A stretch of DNA of 64,000 bases from Botryllus schlosseri (lineage: Eukaryota), in the NCBI GenBank assembly GCA_051294905.1, contig CM119376.1, positions 18,972,001 to 19,036,000 of the forward strand, written 5' to 3'. The notes under the pieces are model-generated. The model was not told where the DNA came from, did no database searches, and saw only the letters and a program-made list of their open reading frames with translations. This document shows, in pieces, positions 1-39,836 of this stretch. The translations under genes were made by a program, and so were the position numbers. Positions within the stretch are counted from its first letter, which is position 1. Every line of letters starts with the position of its first letter.

Positions 1-567
1 GCACCAATGTTGGATCATGGGAAACTACAATGGGCTTTTTACGATCCATGCTGGGTACCCGTTTTGAGGATTTCATAGTGCTAGTCAGCCTCCCGGTACC
101 CACTGAAATATAAATACAGACCGTGATAATATAAAAATATAGACAAGGCACAGTAGTATGATGCAGTATTTTGAATGCTTACAGTTTTTTGAGGTTTCTA
201 AGACGCCTTGTTTGATCTGAAAAAGTGCACAATATAAGTGATGAAACAATGTTGGTGCCTATTTGCGTCATATAGTGTAAGAAGACAAGTGTCGAGTAAC
301 AAGGATGGTGCTTGAGACTGTTAGCTCAAGCTCAGTAAGCTCCTAAATTCCGTGGTTTCCATATTAATATGTGGGTAATTCCAAGGCTACTTGAGAATTT
401 GATTACATTCCTCTTCCACTATAATTTCAATCACTCAATCGGTAAAATTTCACGTAGACATACAGTACCTTGATGTAATCTTTGGAAGACGTGCCTTGGA
501 CTAGACTTGCAGTGCTCTCTTGCATCGACTCCGGAGCAGGGCGATACAACTTCTTTTTGGAGGACAT
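1..567 (-). CDS. 5' coding exons of an unidentified spliced protein-coding gene (runs off the left edge)
   Basis: ATG at 567; exons 567-469 (MSSKKKLYRPAPESMQESTASLVQGTSSKDYIK, donor AAG|gtactg), 216-183 (acceptor gcactttttcag, IKQGVLETSKN, donor gtaagc) and 102-1 (acceptor tatttcag, LGTGRLTSTMKSSKRVPSMDRKKPIVVSHDPTLV). Phases 0/1 chain into one open frame. No family recognised. Confidence 0.6.
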
Positions 568-1571
568 AATCAAGCTCAAGATCAATTACAGAATATGCTC
601 GGAAACGAGAGCGACTACTGCTATCACTACTGGTTATGGACTTACGGTTAGAAACAAATGAATAAGAACTACGAAGGCCCGATCGCAATCATAATAAACT
701 GGATATCGGTGAGCATATCATATTCAACAATCCGTGACCGATTTTTCAATTTTAGCGCTACGCTACAGGTGAGAGAGAGAGAGTTCTTGTGGAACTGAAA
801 GATATATTCATGAAGTAGGTTCAGTTCTGTTTATAATATTGATCATCATTTCAAAACAAGACCAGTGACATGAGGTGAGGTTCATGGCCACAGAAAATCA
901 AAGCTGCGCACAAAAATCCGAAGTGTGTGATGACCATTTTTTTAGTCGCCACGCACTGTTGTCCGAGGGACGCGCGGTGAGTTGGTGAGGGCGCGCAGAC
1001 TCGTGAAAATTAGAGGGAACGTTTTTTATGACTGGTGAGGCATACTGCAGTGACCATCCCCCACCCCACATGATGAAGATATCAAGTATGTAAATAACAA
1101 CAGCAGCAAGAGATGCGTGTAGGCCGGGGCATCTTCTATGCACGCTGTTAGCCGTTGCAATTCGGCATCTACAATACATGTTTCCTTTATTGAAATAGTC
1201 AGTGATTAAATGCAGATTACTCAACGAAAAGGACTAAACGGAAAACTAAAAAATATTTCTAGGTCCTAGGTTTATTCTCCATTGCCATTTGCTCGTCCAA
1301 TCTCCTTTTTTTTACAAGATTGAAATGGACACTGTATCAGCAAAACTAAATGCTTCACTCAATAACATCAAACTTGATTGAAGACATCATTCAGACTGGA
1401 CAAAATCAGAATTAAATTCGTGATTTTGATTGGGGACGCCGATTTCCTTGATTCCCAAATATATAAAACATACAAGGCTAGCAGATTGAGTTGTCGTACT
1501 GTTTCTTATCCGATTAGCCATCTTCACACGCAGTCTATCAAGGCTACTCCTCGCATCTGTTCCATGTAAGC

Positions 1572-1937
1572 TAGGCTTACCATACGTCCTCTTTTAAGAG
1601 GATTTGTCCTCTTTTTTGAAAGTGTCCTCGGAGGACGCCCTTTTGTCCTCTTTTTTGAGATTTTGTCCTCTTTTTTGAAAATTTAGGTCAGATTTAGAGG
1701 AAATTGCGAGTGATATGCCGCAAATTAGCGCAGAAGTGAAGCTCCGGCGGGTATTTCGGAGGGAAAAGCGGTGACTTCAGCTCTAAGCGAAAAGAAGACC
1801 TTTTTTTTTTTTTTTTAGTCAACCGATCATGAAGTGGGAAAAATTTACCGGTTTTTGAGAATTCTTCTCCAGTTTTGCATGTCTGAAATTTCTGAAAAAG
1901 TGTCCTCTTTTTTCATTTCCGAAATATGGTAAGCCTA
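1572..1937. mobile_element. Non-autonomous hAT-type MITE
   Basis: 13-bp TIR taggcttaccata / tatggtaagccta; 8-bp TSD atgtaagc / atgttagc (7/8); internal gtcctc(t)n repeats. Confidence 0.85.
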
Positions 1938-1939
1938 AT

Positions 1940-2010
1940 GTTAGCGGTTGTGTCTTACAAAATCTAGAAGTGGGCCGTATTACAAGTTGGCGGATATGGA
2001 ATCAAACATT
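1940..2010 (+). mobile_element. 3' fragment of the SINE family seen at 46565-46740
   Basis: gtcttacaaaatctagaagtgggccgtattacaagttggc matches gtcttaaaaatgcctgaaagtgggccgtgctacaagtcggc in the SINE body. Confidence 0.55.
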
Positions 2011-2261
2011 GAATATCGACGTTGATCTGACAACTTAACGAGAATACAACAGTATTGCTTCATATTGACATCTTAATCGAATGTATGGAATATATAGTAG
2101 GATATGGCGGAATGAGTCTACTTATAATCGAAATACACACGTTATAAATGACAAGGCGCGTGGTAACGAGAAGAATAGATACAAGTCACATTCAAGTCGA
2201 AATAGGCTACAAGCAATAAGTTCCACTAAATAAATACTAGGCCTATTCCGACCTCAAGATT

Positions 2262-3490
2262 CAGGGTTGTAATGACTCGAGTCATGACTCGACTCGAGTC
2301 AGAATCGAGTCGCGATTTTCTGGTGACTCGACTTGACTCAGTCATTTTCTAAATATTGAAAAATGACTCGACTCGAGTCAATTTGTGTATTGACTCGTCT
2401 TGTACTCGGGTCATTGCACATGACTCGGACCAAGTCATATGACTCGAGACTGGGTCTACCAAGGCAGGTATTTCATCGTAATTTCAAAGAGTAAAGTTAT
2501 CACACTATTATTATTTCGATTGAATAGTATATTCATATGGAAATGAACCCGAATATTTTCGGCTGACACTCGTCAGGAGTGATCGTCAGCAACTAGTAGA
2601 GACGAATAAGAAAGAACATTGTATATTATAACAATCATGACTCGACTGATTGTCATGACATGACTTGATATTTCACAATTATCTCATCAACAGCCATAAT
2701 CTTCCATGCCATCAAACTATCCGTTGGGATTGCTAGCATTCTGGTTGCACTTTTTATTATTTTGTGATATCATGATAAGTGGGTTCGAAATCGTTCACCA
2801 TCATAAAGGGAGGCGTGCCTAAAAAGTTCGGGAACCACTGTTTTAGAGTCCTAATAGAAGAACGTGGATAGGGGCTTAAAGAGAGTTAAAATGTAACATA
2901 TTTACCATTGTTTCGAATCATGACAGCCAAGAGATATTTTTTAATTAACCGTCACTTTTTCATTACCCAATATCAACACAATCACCGAGCAACATCTATT
3001 AGCAATGTAATTTAGAAATAAAATTAAAATACGCTGGATGCTATAGCGAAATTATTTCACTCGGCCCGCCAACGTAATAACTTTTCTCATTTGGCCCGCG
3101 GAGGAAAATAATTGCCCACCCCTGTCCAAGAAGCTCTTCAAATATGATTATTTCGTCTATCAGTACTGGTAGGCCTACTTGAAAATGCAACTACAAACTG
3201 TGAAAAGTGAGGGAAATTAGTGTATTTATGAATGCGAAGCATTCGATAACACCGAGCACAGTTGTAAGAGTGGGATTCACATGACATTAACTCGGAACTG
3301 AACAGTCAACACAATGACTCGGACTCGGACTCGAGTCAAAACACCATGACTCGGACTCGGCACTCTACTCCGTGACTTGAACTCGGACTTGACTCGGTGG
3401 TGAATTGAAAATGACTCGACTTGACTCGAGTCAAAACTATAAAAGTGAGATTGACTTGTGACTCGGAACCATTATGACTTGGTCACCCTG
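2262..3490. mobile_element. hAT-type non-autonomous element (GACTCGAGTC-repeat family) carrying a ~630-bp internal insert
   Basis: Starts cagggttgtaatgac, ends gtcaccctg; perfect 8-bp TSD tcaagatt on both sides; subterminal arrays of gactcgagtc/gacttgactc. Colinear with the shorter copy at 23325-23799 except for ~2519-3146. Confidence 0.9.
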
Positions 3491-3835
3491 TCAAGATTGC
3501 CTGACCGCGACCTGACCTATCGATCTCGCCTTCCGTGACTTGCCACCGCATTTTTTTGTCGCTTGCTTTTTATTATACTATCTTCTTTTACTTCAGTGTG
3601 CAATGTGCTGTGCATGCCTCCACTTTACATCGCCTAGGCCAAGGTGGATGACTACTTCAAGTCGTTTCGTCAGCTTCCTATCTTTTAATTGTATCGCAAT
3701 TTGGAGTTGTATTAAACTAAAAAAAAATTGCTAATACATCGAACCAACTAACGAAGTCACATGATATAGATATATGGGCGATGGTACCATGATGAGATGA
3801 TTATATAAATGTATGAACCCTGAGAGGGCGCAGGG

Positions 3836-4430
3836 CAGGGTTGTAATGACTCGAGTCATGACTCAAATATAGTCACCATGCATTTTCAGATGACTTGACT
3901 TGACTCGGGTCATTTTCTCAAAATACGGAAATGACTCGACTCGACTCGAGTCAGTCTGTGTATTGACTCGACTTGGACTCGAGTCATTGCGCATGACTCG
4001 AACCAAGTCATATATATGACATCGTCATATGACTCGAGACTCAGACGGCCAAGATCCACATTTCATTATAATTTCGAAGAATAATAGTAAATAACCAGCA
4101 CACTATAATTGGGATCTCGTATATTGGTACTTGTACTTGAAAATACGACCAGAAACTGCTAAAACTGAGGAAAATTAGTACTGTAAATGCGAACCATTCG
4201 ATATCACCGAACGGCGTTATAAAAAGTGGGTTTACGCAAGACTTTAAGAGGAAACTGAGCGGCGAACACAATGACTTGGACTCGGGTCATAATACCATGA
4301 CTTATACTCAATGATATATATATATCATTTATATCATTGCTTATACTCGACCCTCTGCTCGCTGACTTGGACTCGGACTTGACTTGGTGGTGAGTGTATG
4401 GTTATGGCTCATACCGTCACGCATGACTTG
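3836..4430. mobile_element. Degenerate or truncated copy of the GACTCGAGTC hAT MITE family
   Basis: Starts cagggttgtaatgactcgagtcatgactc with the same internal sequence as 2262-3490; right terminus not recognisable. Confidence 0.75.
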
Positions 4431-4521
4431 TGTTCATGTTGACGAAGAATTTGTATCATTAACTATAACTAACCTCCGTAGGTTGGTTAGTTATCTATAC
4501 ATTGACTCACTAGAGTTGAAG

Positions 4522-4830
4522 CATAGTGTCCTATATGGTGTCGACACAAGCAAATCTCACGGCTAAGTGAAATTGATTCACGTCACAATCTCCATTTGGC
4601 TACAGGCAATTTGACGGTCATTTTTGACCGGCTTGCTTAGCATTAAATTTTGTAAAACGGGTATCAATCAAAAGCTGGCTCTGCACTGATTACGAAAATA
4701 TAAATTTTATTCCGCTCGCGGCCCTGGAACCCCCACAATCACCCTCGAATTTTTGATTGTTATGGAGATTGGCATTGGGACGCAACAATGCTGTCTGGCG
4801 AAACGAGAGAGTATCTCAAGAGCAAAAGAG
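4522..4830. mobile_element. Single arm of the long-TIR element found complete at 39837-40452
   Basis: catagtgtcctatatggtgtcgacacaagcaaat...gggacgcaacaatgctgtctggcgaaacga aligns along the whole 285-bp arm with scattered substitutions; no second arm nearby. Confidence 0.85.
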
Positions 4831-5300
4831 CGGCTGCGCAGCGAGAGTGGGAGAGCTCAGCTGGCGTCACGGCAATGATACCGTAGTATTGCTTCTGACG
4901 CAAAAGGTCTCTGGCACTCGGAGAAATCCGAGTGGTGATTGGAAAATGATAAGCCTAATTCCAACGTGAACGTCACTGTTCGGTTAAAACTCCTATGTTC
5001 CTGACAAGTGGCTACTCCAAGTTGATTCGACACCTTCCTATCTTTTCATTGTATCGCAGTCTTGTGATGTTTTGAAACGATGAAAATATTAATAAACCTG
5101 ATTGATTGATTGATTGAAGTGCTATATAGGCCTAGGCTTGGTAATAGAGCATTCCAGTGAAAATCAAAGGTAAGGATTTGGTTTGGACTATTTTGACTGG
5201 CCCGACCCGCAAGCTATCTAATAATGGATTGAATCCAGACCGCGATCCCAGTTTAGTTCGACACCCCTGCTGTAAACCTATAATCAACATTTTACCTGCT

Positions 5301-5611
5301 GCATTCGCGGACCAAGTCCTACCCTTACAGGTCAAGGAAAGGCCGGCAATGTCTGCTCAGTGCTCACTGTTCACACTTGACCAATGCGACTATAGATGGT
5401 ATCAACAGCGCAACGTATCTCTGGAGGCCTACACAACAAGTGGGTTAGGGCAATCGATATCATAATAATCTGACATATCTAATGCAGACGGCTACTTAGA
5501 CGGATCTCTATAAGTTGAAGGATAATGCGCGATAATTCGTAGGGCCCTAATGCATTCTGCGGACCCAGTTCTACCCTTACAAGTCAAGGAAAGGCTGGTA
5601 ATGTGTGCTCC
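5301..5611 (+). repeat. Diverged ~60-bp direct repeat pair (5301-5360 and 5552-5611)
   Basis: gcattcgcggaccaagtcctacccttacaggtcaaggaaaggccggcaatgtctgctc vs gcattctgcggacccagttctacccttacaagtcaaggaaaggctggtaatgtgtgctc. Confidence 0.8.
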
Positions 5612-5636
5612 CTTCTACCGATCGAAGCGTCTGTAG

Positions 5637-6430
5637 CCGTGGTTCCCAACCTTTTTGGCTTCATTCCCCACTTCAGATTTATTCCCCACTACCCCAAACT
5701 CTTGAATACCCTTTAAAAATGCCCATCCGTAACATTTGACCAGAAGTTTAGCATAGGGACTTGCTATTGGAAAACCACACCATGCAGTACGCAAGACAAT
5801 CGCCTATAACAGCGGCGGGCAACTTCTCCAGTCGGCGGGCCGGATATAGGAAAATTGAGTACTTGGCGGGCCGTATTGCTGAATCGATACATTATTCGCC
5901 CATTTAGCCACATATACAAGGAATAAATCGTAGCCACATATACAAGGAATAAATCGTATTTAATGACTGTATATTTTTGCAACAGCAAAGTCACTTCAAA
6001 GCCAATTCTCGTCGATAATGACGAAGACAATGTGGATTTGATAACAGCATTGTCACACAGGCGCCGTCCATTCTCGGTAATGTCCATTCTCGGTAATGGC
6101 ATTCTCGGTAATGGTTTTCTCGGTATTGACCGGACACCATCAATACACGGTGCAAGATTTCGAGACGTTCGATTAGCCCGGTACCCCAAATTAACCAAGA
6201 TATCAATTCATTTGGGTTGAGTAGGTAGCGAGATAGCGTAGTGGTATACAGACATGGGGTAATCGTGATTAGTAATCGTAATCGATTACGACGATTGCAG
6301 CATTTTCAAGTAACCGTAATCGCAATCGAGTAGGCCTACATTCGAAAAAAATCCAAAGTAATCGTAATCGTAATCGACTATTTCACATATCTAATCGATT
6401 TCTTTGTGAAGGAACGATTACTTTTTATTT
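5637..6430. mobile_element. Cluster of nested or truncated MITE ends
   Basis: ccgtggttcccaacc left end (~5637); cagcggcgggcaacttctccagtcggcgggccgg left end (5810, same family as ~41846); (cattctcggtaatg)n array ending gaccggacacc (~6065-6138); SINE-head-like gcgagatagcgtagtgg (~6228); GTAATC-repeat element starting cagacatggggtaatcg (~6249). Confidence 0.6.
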
Positions 6431-6926
6431 GTGCAAGAATTATATAACATGAACTGGACCGTGATCACTCTTAAACAATGTAGAATGCGATATTATACCA
6501 GGTAATTGCTGGCAAAAACGTCGGCTTTTCAGATGCTACCGCCGATTATTATGTCACATTAAGTATTAGCTTTGCACGTCCTTGCGCAACGAATTAGCCA
6601 CACTCAGTAAATAGATATTCAATGTACATTATACATATCGTTGTGTGATTGTAAGAACACCCTCCATGCCTTATATCAGGTTATCAATACACTCAGAAGT
6701 CACTACCTTGCAGCAGGATGATAATCACCACTCTGCCTGGTTTCAAATAGTAACTTATGTAGTGATGCTTTTACTATACGCTTGGGTAAATCCAGTTTGA
6801 CTGTTTCTTCTTGACGAACAGTAGGCCTATTTACGTACGCCGGAAAAAGATTTGAAATTTTGTACTCGTCGAATTGAACATGACGGTTTCCATATCGAAG
6901 AATTAAATATCAACCTCGGCTGATAT

Positions 6927-9556
6927 AGCTAATTAAGCTAATGAAAAAGTAAGGTAATGAAAAGTAAGCTAATGAAAAGCTAATGAAGCTAATGAAAAGC
7001 TAATTAGGCTAATGAAAAGCTAATTAAGCTAATGAAAGGGTAAGCTAATGAAAAGTATGCTAATGAAAAGCTAATGAAGCTAATGAAAAAGTAAGCTAAT
7101 GAAAAGTAAGCGAATGAAAAGCTAATGAAGCTAATAACTATGCTGTAGCACGGGGGCCTTTCGACCCGCCTGGCGGGAGGAGACCTTTTAACGTGGCCCA
7201 TGCATTTCAAAGGGGAGTTTGGACTTTGAAAATTTTCGAGCTCGCCTATACTTTAACGTGGGCGACATAACTGCCGCAACTTTGCCGCGCGTCACCTACC
7301 CCAAAACACGCGGCCCTATGGCAAATCGCCTATAGCCTACTTGTTCGGATCGGTTCCAGATTTCGTGTGAGCCTAGTCGTGGGGGGTGTTTGGCCAAGAA
7401 ATTTTTTTGAAATTTCCCGAAAATTTTTTCGGACTTTAACTTTTTTTCAATTTCGTCCCCATGTTAAAGGATGGGGAAGTTGGACTTGGTCGTTATTACG
7501 AGATTTTTCAAAACTTTCGATCGGTTCTGGAGACCCCGCCGTTTGCCAGATCGGTGCGATTTCTTCACAGGACTCAAATTTAGATTTATAAGATTTTTTT
7601 TTAATTCAGATTTTAATTTTGTTGTGAGTCCATCATCTGGATATTCGATTTCAAATAAGGATTTCTGAATCATGATTACAATAGTGCCTATTCAGATTCA
7701 GACCGACTAGTGGTTGTCAAAATTTTCGACCTCGCGGCACCCTCTGTAAATGAAAAATAGTCCGCGGCACCCTGGCACAGTGATTCTCGGCCTTTTTTCG
7801 CTAACGGCACCCTGCAAACCGGAAGATTTGACGTCACCGAAAGACATACAGAGGTTTGTTTTGAGGTGTTCATGGTGTGTGTCGACTACTATGGTCATAG
7901 TCATTTACACCCGGCAATTTTCTTCATTTCGATTCCGTAGCGTCCGACTTGTACCACGGCCCACATTCTTGGTTTTTATAAGACACTGCTTACACGGATG
8001 AGATGGCGAGGAGGAGCCTAAAAAACGTTCATCACCTAGGTAGGAATTCCAGAGTCGTCCCCGGTCGGACTCGAACCATCGTAAGGGGGCGTGTCTTAAA
8101 AAGTTTGAGAACCACTGTTCTAAGGTATATATTTTTTACGTTCAATTTCTGGCGAGACAGCCGCGATCTCGAGGCCCACGCAGTTTGAAAGGTTTCAGCT
8201 GCTAAACATCACGGAAATCCTAAGCAAGATTGACCAAATTCGGATCACGAGTGTGATTTCAGATTGATGGCCACTCCAGTATTCATATTTTCAGTGATGT
8301 GCTTTTAAAATCGATTCGCGCGTGTCTTCGTTCTCTGTGTGCGTAGAATTAGGGTATTTATATTTCATCTGCACATAGTAAAAGCGTGTTTGAAGCTAAC
8401 ATTGATATGATGCTGTCAGCCTTGTGTGTCCTGCAATTATACCAAAAGTGGAATTAGTAAATATATGAACAGATTGCTGCACACAGATTCAAATATCAAT
8501 CCTGTTCAAAGAATTGAGACAACCGACTTTCGTCTCTATATTTTTGACTATTTATTTAAACTATTATTTGATAGTTTTGGTTATTGAGGTCGACCAGCCT
8601 ATTAAATCTCGCCACTGTTTCTGACACGTGTACCCTACGATATCATCAAAGCAATATTTGCTTTGTTTTAACTAAGCATATCTCCATGTCATCACTTGCT
8701 ATAATCAAACACCAATATTGCGTTTTGGTTTATAATCCCAATTTCATAAGTGGGGCCCGCGAATGGATTCAGATGTTGAATGCGGCCCGCGAGCTCAAAA
8801 GTTTGCCCACCCCTGTCCTAGAGCCATGACGAGGGTACCGGCATGTTCTACTGCGTCCGCTGCGTCGAACGATACCAGAAAAGTGGGAATCGAAAAAAAA
8901 ATTAAAAATTATTTTTTTTCTAAAAAACGACCAAGTCCAACTTCCCTATCCTTTAACATGCGAATGAAATTGAAAAGTGCAAAGTCCGAAAAAATTTTCG
9001 GAAAATTTCAAGTATAGGTGGTTTGTTTTGTGGTAGGCGACGCGCGGCAAAGTTGCGGCAGTTATGTCACCCACGTTATAGCTTAGGCGAGCTCGAAAAT
9101 TTTCAAAGTCCAAACTCCCCTTTGAAATGCATGGGCCACGTTAAAAGGTCTGCTCCCGCCAGGTGGGTCGAAAGGCCCCCGTGCTACAGCATAGTTATTA
9201 GCCTAATTAGGTTTTCATTAGCTTCATTAGCATTTCATTAGCTTCCTTTTCATTAGCTTACTTTTTCATTAGCTTAATTAGCTTTTTATTAGCTTCATTA
9301 GCATTTCATTAGCTTACTTTTCATTAGCTTACTTTTTCATTAGCTTAATTACCTTTTTATTAGCTTACTTTTCATTAGCTTACTTTTTCATTAGCTTAAT
9401 TAGCTTTTCATTAGCTTCATTAGCTTTTCATTAGCTTACTTTTCATTAGCTTACTTTTTCATTAGCTTAATTAGCTTTTCATTAGCTTCAATAGCTTTTC
9501 ATTAGCTTAATTAGCTTTTGATTAGCTTAATTAGCTTCATTAGCTTGTCATTAGCT
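6927..9556. mobile_element. Foldback-like element: ~570/630-bp inverted arms with outer (AAGCTAATGAA)n tandem arrays
   Basis: Left arm 6927-~7494 and right arm ~8926-9556 are reverse complements: arrays 6927-7138 vs ~9197-9556, a near-identical GC-rich inner domain 7139-7300 vs 9030-9196, and further homology to gttggacttggtcgtt. The ~1.4-kb spacer contains other MITE ends. No TSD found. Confidence 0.75.
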
Positions 9557-11083
9557 TGCATGTACAAAATAAAGGCACCCGCTGCTTTCGTATTGTAACT
9601 TTCGCTACGGATATTTTTGGATAGTTTTGGCGAGACGTGACTTTTCATTTCAAGTCAAAAGTAAAAATCGTCCGCTCGGCAAACAAACACGGACAGTAAA
9701 CACGTTTTGATAGGAATGGTACGTACAAGCAAATATAAATCAATTAGCCCCAACCTTAGACTTTGCAAAGACTAGCTACTCGATCTGCTCAGATGGACAA
9801 TTACAAGATTCTTCGGAAAAGCTACTTTTCCGGATTCTGGGCGGCATTATTCGGATTTGCGTGTATTTTTGGTTGAGATTATTCGGATTTGGACGAATAG
9901 TTCGTCAGAGACTCGATCTGACGGACGGATATACATCACTACTCTGCTATACAAATCCCCTAGTGGAGAAATTTTTTGAAAATAGACGTGCAACTCTATC
10001 TCTGAAAACAATATTGCATGGCAAGTTGTAGAACAGTTGATCAAACCATATTTGTCTGCAGTTCCCCTTTTCGAAAAATGCTTAGGTCTGCCCCCCCCCC
10101 CCGTACTTTAAGGACGAGGGGCAAGAGTTCGAAGTCCGGTCGATCTTTTCGAGTTGCGACCTCACTGTTGGAAATAGCTTGCCCACTCGACTAATTAACG
10201 CTTTAATATTTGTAGGGCCTAAGTGCTATGTTTGGGATCAAACCAAGGTTGTGATTAACAACCATAGGGTATGCGCTCATACCATCTGGTTCGAGCCTGA
10301 TGAATACATCCTGAATTCACCGCTGCGACTGCCAATACGGGGATGTTTATTATAGTAGGTTATATTTCTGCCTTCGTTCTATGACTAGTAAATCAACTGA
10401 GATAGTGCACACATTGAATTTAATGCTGCACCCAGTTATTAACTTTGATGTGAATATATTCCAAACAAAGCAACCAATATTATACGTTCCGGGTCACAAC
10501 ACTAAACAGTATGATCCTTTATGATACGATGCATGCAGAAATATTCTGAAGATTTGATTTTGTAGCTCTCCAAAATACATCATTTTGACCAAAATGCTAC
10601 AGAGCATCTTTGATATACAAAGGGTTATATATATCAGTGGCCCTTCTTTCAATTTCGACATACTGGTCGCTATGGGATACAATATCACGTTCGAAACATT
10701 TTGTGGAAAATAACCAGAGCTAGCGTAGAGGGTGTGTTCTGACGGAAAGAAAGCGGGAGGAAAAATTTCGAGATTAGGCAGATTTTGTCGAGTGTTAATT
10801 GTCATTGGAATTTTGAACTGTTGTTCAACTATATAATCATTTATGTCTGTCTATTCGTCTCTCTCTCGCGTACCTGATCTTGGTCCTATGATCAGTCAAT
10901 AATTTTAATTCAACAGGAGATTGAGTAGCAATGTTGAATCGGTATCGATAGCATCACGACAGGTGTACCGACCGAAAGTCAAATAAGTATAACAATCTTG
11001 AAATTTGAGAAACAAGGACACGTTTCTGAGCACCTGTGACCATATGGAAAACGCATCAACAAACAATATATGCTCATTGGTGT

Positions 11084-11089
11084 TTTATT
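11084..11089 (-). terminator. Probable polyadenylation signal (AATAAA) of the myosin gene
   Basis: Minus-strand AATAAA ~0.9 kb downstream of the terminal stop codon at 11998. Confidence 0.5.
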
Positions 11090-11997
11090 GTAGTCATTTC
11101 TCTATGTAAATACGATACATATTATTGGCAACATTTAGCGACCAAATGGATTTCTTACTATAGAATTGATATCAGACAGCCGTCACTTTCGAATTTCCGA
11201 CGCAAATAAACGGATCGAACCGATTACCATGAAAGCATATATACAGTTGCCGCTACACAGGCTACAAAAATCTAGCTACCAACAATACACTCTCGAGTAC
11301 AGCCACGCGAATTTCGTCATACCGAACGACTATGATTGTCAGCAATACAAGTTGAAAGACGCCCACCGATATCAAACCTTTTGTACAACACGACAGTGCG
11401 GCAACAGCCGATCACAAATTTTGTGAATTGTGCCACCCCCTTTCCGGTAAGAATGCAAAATAATCGAGTCACATCGCAAGATACAATGCTCAAACAGACA
11501 CGGCCCAAGGTTAACAACATCACTACAAAACACGCGATAGATTATACGTAAACATCGAGCAGATGATTCAGCTATCATTCGGTACGTCTCGATTAGCAAA
11601 AGAACTATTTACAGTTGGAAATCGGGCCTTTCAAGTCCGGCCAGGACAAAATCTACAACGGCCAATCACGGCCCGATCATCAGACATATTCGAAACACGA
11701 GAAAATAGGAAAAGGCACTCACGACAATATTCCGTAACAAGCATTAAAAAAGGCATTGTCGATACAAACGCAAATGCAGGTCGAGCGGGCTAGATTGAAA
11801 GCACACACGACGATGACAGCTGCCAGGGAGCGGCACTTGGAACGGACACGTAACAGATAAGCCGGGAGCGCACGACTTCAGAACGTAAACCCACGACTGT
11901 ACAGTGTACATACAGAAACTCGCGTTGCACAAGACAAGCAGAAGGAATGTGACCGTGGAAAGTGCATTGAATCGTGAATCTAAGGTCAGAATTCAAA

Positions 11998-39002
<27,005 letters not shown>

Positions 39003-39836
39003 AGTGATAGATTATGTCCAACACAAAATCCACTCGAACAGTATTGGCGTATTAACCAAAAATACTACCAACTGAAATATAGGCTATAAATGATTAGAAT
39101 GAAATATATGCAAGAGTTGAATCAACAAATTACAACCTTTGGTAAAAGTCTATAGAATAGTATTGCATCAAGTAGTAGAAAACCTAATAAATAGTAAATA
39201 AATTTTGCTATATTGCTCAAGCCTAATCATTTGCGTCCACGATGAGCCGCGTATACGTACATAACGGTACGGCGTTACGAAGCTGTGCGGGGGAGCGTTT
39301 TGCTCAAACGATCGAGAAGACTTGCAAGTAAAATTCTAGCACCTACGTAACAATTAGCCCAGTGCAAATCGTTGGTCTTATTTGTGTTAAGTATACTAAT
39401 GCTACTTTTTCGTAAATAAAGAATTTCTCCCCCTCTGGCCAACTCGTAGACGAATGCGAAACTAAGGCGATCGATGATAATGTGTTGATGCTGGGAACCG
39501 CACCCGTCAGTTTTTCGATGTTATGCCGGTCACGTGATTCACGCTTCAGTGACATCGATTGCTGCAGAACGATTTCGACCAGATGAGCAGGACGCGGTTG
39601 CTGGCTGCAATGCGAGTGAATGCCATGTACAATTGTAAATTGTACGACCTGGGAGGTTTACCATTGGATTTACTTGGTATTTTATCATGAAGCTATTGTC
39701 TTCGAAAGTCAAAGTGAATTCATCGTCTGACGAATCGAATCTTATCTTATGGTTGGAGCCAGATACCAGAGGCCAACTTTCAGCGAGATTTGGATCAGCA
39801 TGTATTCCATGATTGCACAGATGTTTGTCATGAAAT

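Noticed and set aside
656-1381. Plus-strand exon chain (656-708, 756-768, 894-976, 1319-1381) with matching phases, ending ...IEMDTVSAKLNASLNNIKLD*
   Set aside because: It needs a 47-nt intron (the shortest confident intron here is 57 nt), has no credible upstream exon, gives no recognisable protein, and overlaps the likely 5' region of the better-supported minus-strand gene.
5764-6220. Overlapping 144/85/71-aa ORFs
   Set aside because: They come from MITE fragments and a 14-bp tandem array (PRKPLPRMPLPRM); no coding signature.
6927-9556. CRISPR-like or prokaryotic interpretation of the short-repeat arrays (also the GACTC arrays)
   Set aside because: The repeats are contiguous or degenerate with no unique regular spacers, and the whole context is spliceosomal eukaryotic DNA.
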